Shown: positions 62,709 to 64,000 of the stretch, piece after piece
How the letters are laid out: each line of letters begins with the position of its first letter
Numbering within the stretch: the first letter of the stretch is position 1
Origin: Pirellulales bacterium
GTDB lineage: Bacteria > Planctomycetota > Planctomycetia > Pirellulales > PALSA-1355
Reading direction: 5' to 3'
Assembly: GCA_963733035.1 (NCBI GenBank)
Contig: CAVTBU010000004.1
Location: 384,001 to 448,000, forward strand
DNA: 64,000 nucleotides
The notes under the pieces: model-generated
Database searches by the model: none
The model's input: only the letters and a program-made list of their open reading frames with translations
What the model was told of the DNA's origin: nothing
Position numbers and translations under genes: made by a program

Positions 62709-64000
62709 TTAGCCGCGCAGGGAACTGAGCACGAGCGCGGGCAGCTTCCACACGGAAGGTTGGTGGTACAGTCCGAGTACCTTCCAGGCGATCGGCTCGG
62801 GATCGCGATGGGTCGGAAACCAGAATGGCTTCGGCCAGATGGAAATGGGACCTTCCAGCACCGTCTTCAGCACGTGCTGCAACATAAACGTATTGTGCAC
62901 CGACCCAATCCCACTCTGCACGTTGGCTAGCGCTGTCGAGGGGTATCCGCCCCAAGGCGGGCTCATCATCGCATAGACTAGTGCGGGCCAATGGTTCACG
63001 CCCACGGCGCCGTGCCGCAGATTGGAGAGCGCGGCATTGAAGCAAGCCGCGCCCGCCGGATCACGGCGAAAGGTCGGATGCACGGTGATCGCCGCGCTCA
63101 GCGTCCCCCACAGATTTTCGTTGGCAAACTCGACCGCCCGGTCGACGAAGTCGCGTTCGTTGTCAGCCGCGAGCGACGTTTCGGCACATACGCACACAAA
63201 GGATTCTTCGCAAAACAGTTGGGGTGCCCGCTCGGGATCGGTATCGCGCATGAGCGTCCAGGGCAACGTTCCCGAGGAGTCGTCCGGGGCCGCCCGTCCG
63301 GTAAACTTTTCGAAGCGCTCGCGTGCCCCGGGATAGTAGGCCTTGCGCGGCGGCACCCGGCCGAGCACGTCGTTGACCAGATCCAGAAAATGCTGCCGCT
63401 GCGGCCAATTCTCCCAAGTGACGATCATCTTCGTCGCCACGCAGTTGAACGACGCGTTGTTTGCGATCGAGGCGGCAACGTTCTCCGCCTGGAACTTCAG
63501 TTGGGCTTCTGAGTAAGGTCCGGGAACGATGATCCAGGGGCTCACGTTTCCCAATTCGCTCGTGATAGGCTTCTTGAGCACCGGATCGTTCTCGCGCTTC
63601 CGCCGCTCCCGGTCCGGCCCGGGCGGTCCCCAGACAATCGCATCGTGGGAATGGATCGAGCCGGTGATGTGAACTTCGTCGACGCCCGCATGTTCCACCG
63701 CCGCCGCCCCCACGTCGGCGCCCCCGTAGATGATACGCACATACCCGTAATCGACGAGTCGCGCGAACAACCGCTGGAAAATCGGCCCCAGATACTCGTT
63801 CACGGGGTTCATCTTCAGCAAGACGACATGCCCCTCTTGAAAGATCTTCGAAACGGCGTCGGTCGCGGGAATGCTCGAAACGTTGCCGGCGCCAAGCACG
63901 AGGACCGTCTTGGCCGGCGCCAAACTTTGCAGATGACTTCCCAGCCGGTCGAGTTCCTGCCGAGTTACCTCGGGGCCCAGCACTGCGGTGGCCTTGAAAC
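62709..64000 (-). CDS. Aldehyde dehydrogenase family protein (5' end outside the window)
   Basis: LVLGAGN, LKMNP, HITGS, catalytic Glu in TSELGNVSP, catalytic Cys in FNCVA, EESF. Confidence 0.9.
   Translation of the reverse strand, partial: FKATAVLGPEVTRQELDRLGSHLQSLAPAKTVLVLGAGNVSSIPATDAVSKIFQEGHVVLLKMNPVNEYLGPIFQRLFARLVDYGYVRIIYGGADVGAAAVEHAGVDEVHITGSIHSHDAIVWGPPGPDRERRKRENDPVLKKPITSELGNVSPWIIVPGPYSEAQLKFQAENVAASIANNASFNCVATKMIVTWENWPQRQHFLDLVNDVLGRVPPRKAYYPGARERFEKFTGRAAPDDSSGTLPWTLMRDTDPERAPQLFCEESFVCVCAETSLAADNERDFVDRAVEFANENLWGTLSAAITVHPTFRRDPAGAACFNAALSNLRHGAVGVNHWPALVYAMMSPPWGGYPSTALANVQSGIGSVHNTFMLQHVLKTVLEGPISIWPKPFWFPTHRDPEPIAWKVLGLYHQPSVWKLPALVLSSLRG

Overview
High-GC bacterial DNA, most likely from a Planctomycete (Pirellulales-like; inferred from the DUF1501, PEP-CTERM, ThuA and TPR-redoxin genes and the RND style). 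About ten otherwise intact genes, including hemL, carry 1-2 nt frameshifts, several at homopolymer or GC-dinucleotide runs, which points to long-read assembly errors. The centrepiece is a ~23.6 kb biosynthetic cluster (9987-33577). It encodes a LolD/MacB-type ABC exporter, a HemL-like class III aminotransferase, an acyl-AMP/CoA ligase, a YtnP-like metallo-beta-lactamase, a standalone thioester reductase fused to an SCP2-like domain, a ~3760-aa PUFA-synthase-like type I PKS, an Sfp-type PPTase, a FabL-like enoyl reductase and a convergent standalone HHxxxDG acyltransferase preceded by a small Gly-rich lipoprotein. The PKS has an unusual order: KS-KS0(CLF-like)-ACP-ACP-AT-ACP-ACP-[degenerate C45/AAT Ntn-hydrolase]-KR-KR-DH. 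The parts list resembles the polyamine arm of the zeamine/fabclavine pathways without any NRPS, suggesting an N-acylated amino-lipid product (inference). RND efflux operons lie on both sides. The right half is mostly housekeeping (ftsK, truB, prpD-like, Ser/Thr kinase, hemB, hemL, tsaB, skp, ppa). It also holds a PEP-CTERM gene with a long structured leader and two tandem Rickettsia-PKMT-like methyltransferases. No rRNA, tRNA, CRISPR array or mobile element was seen.
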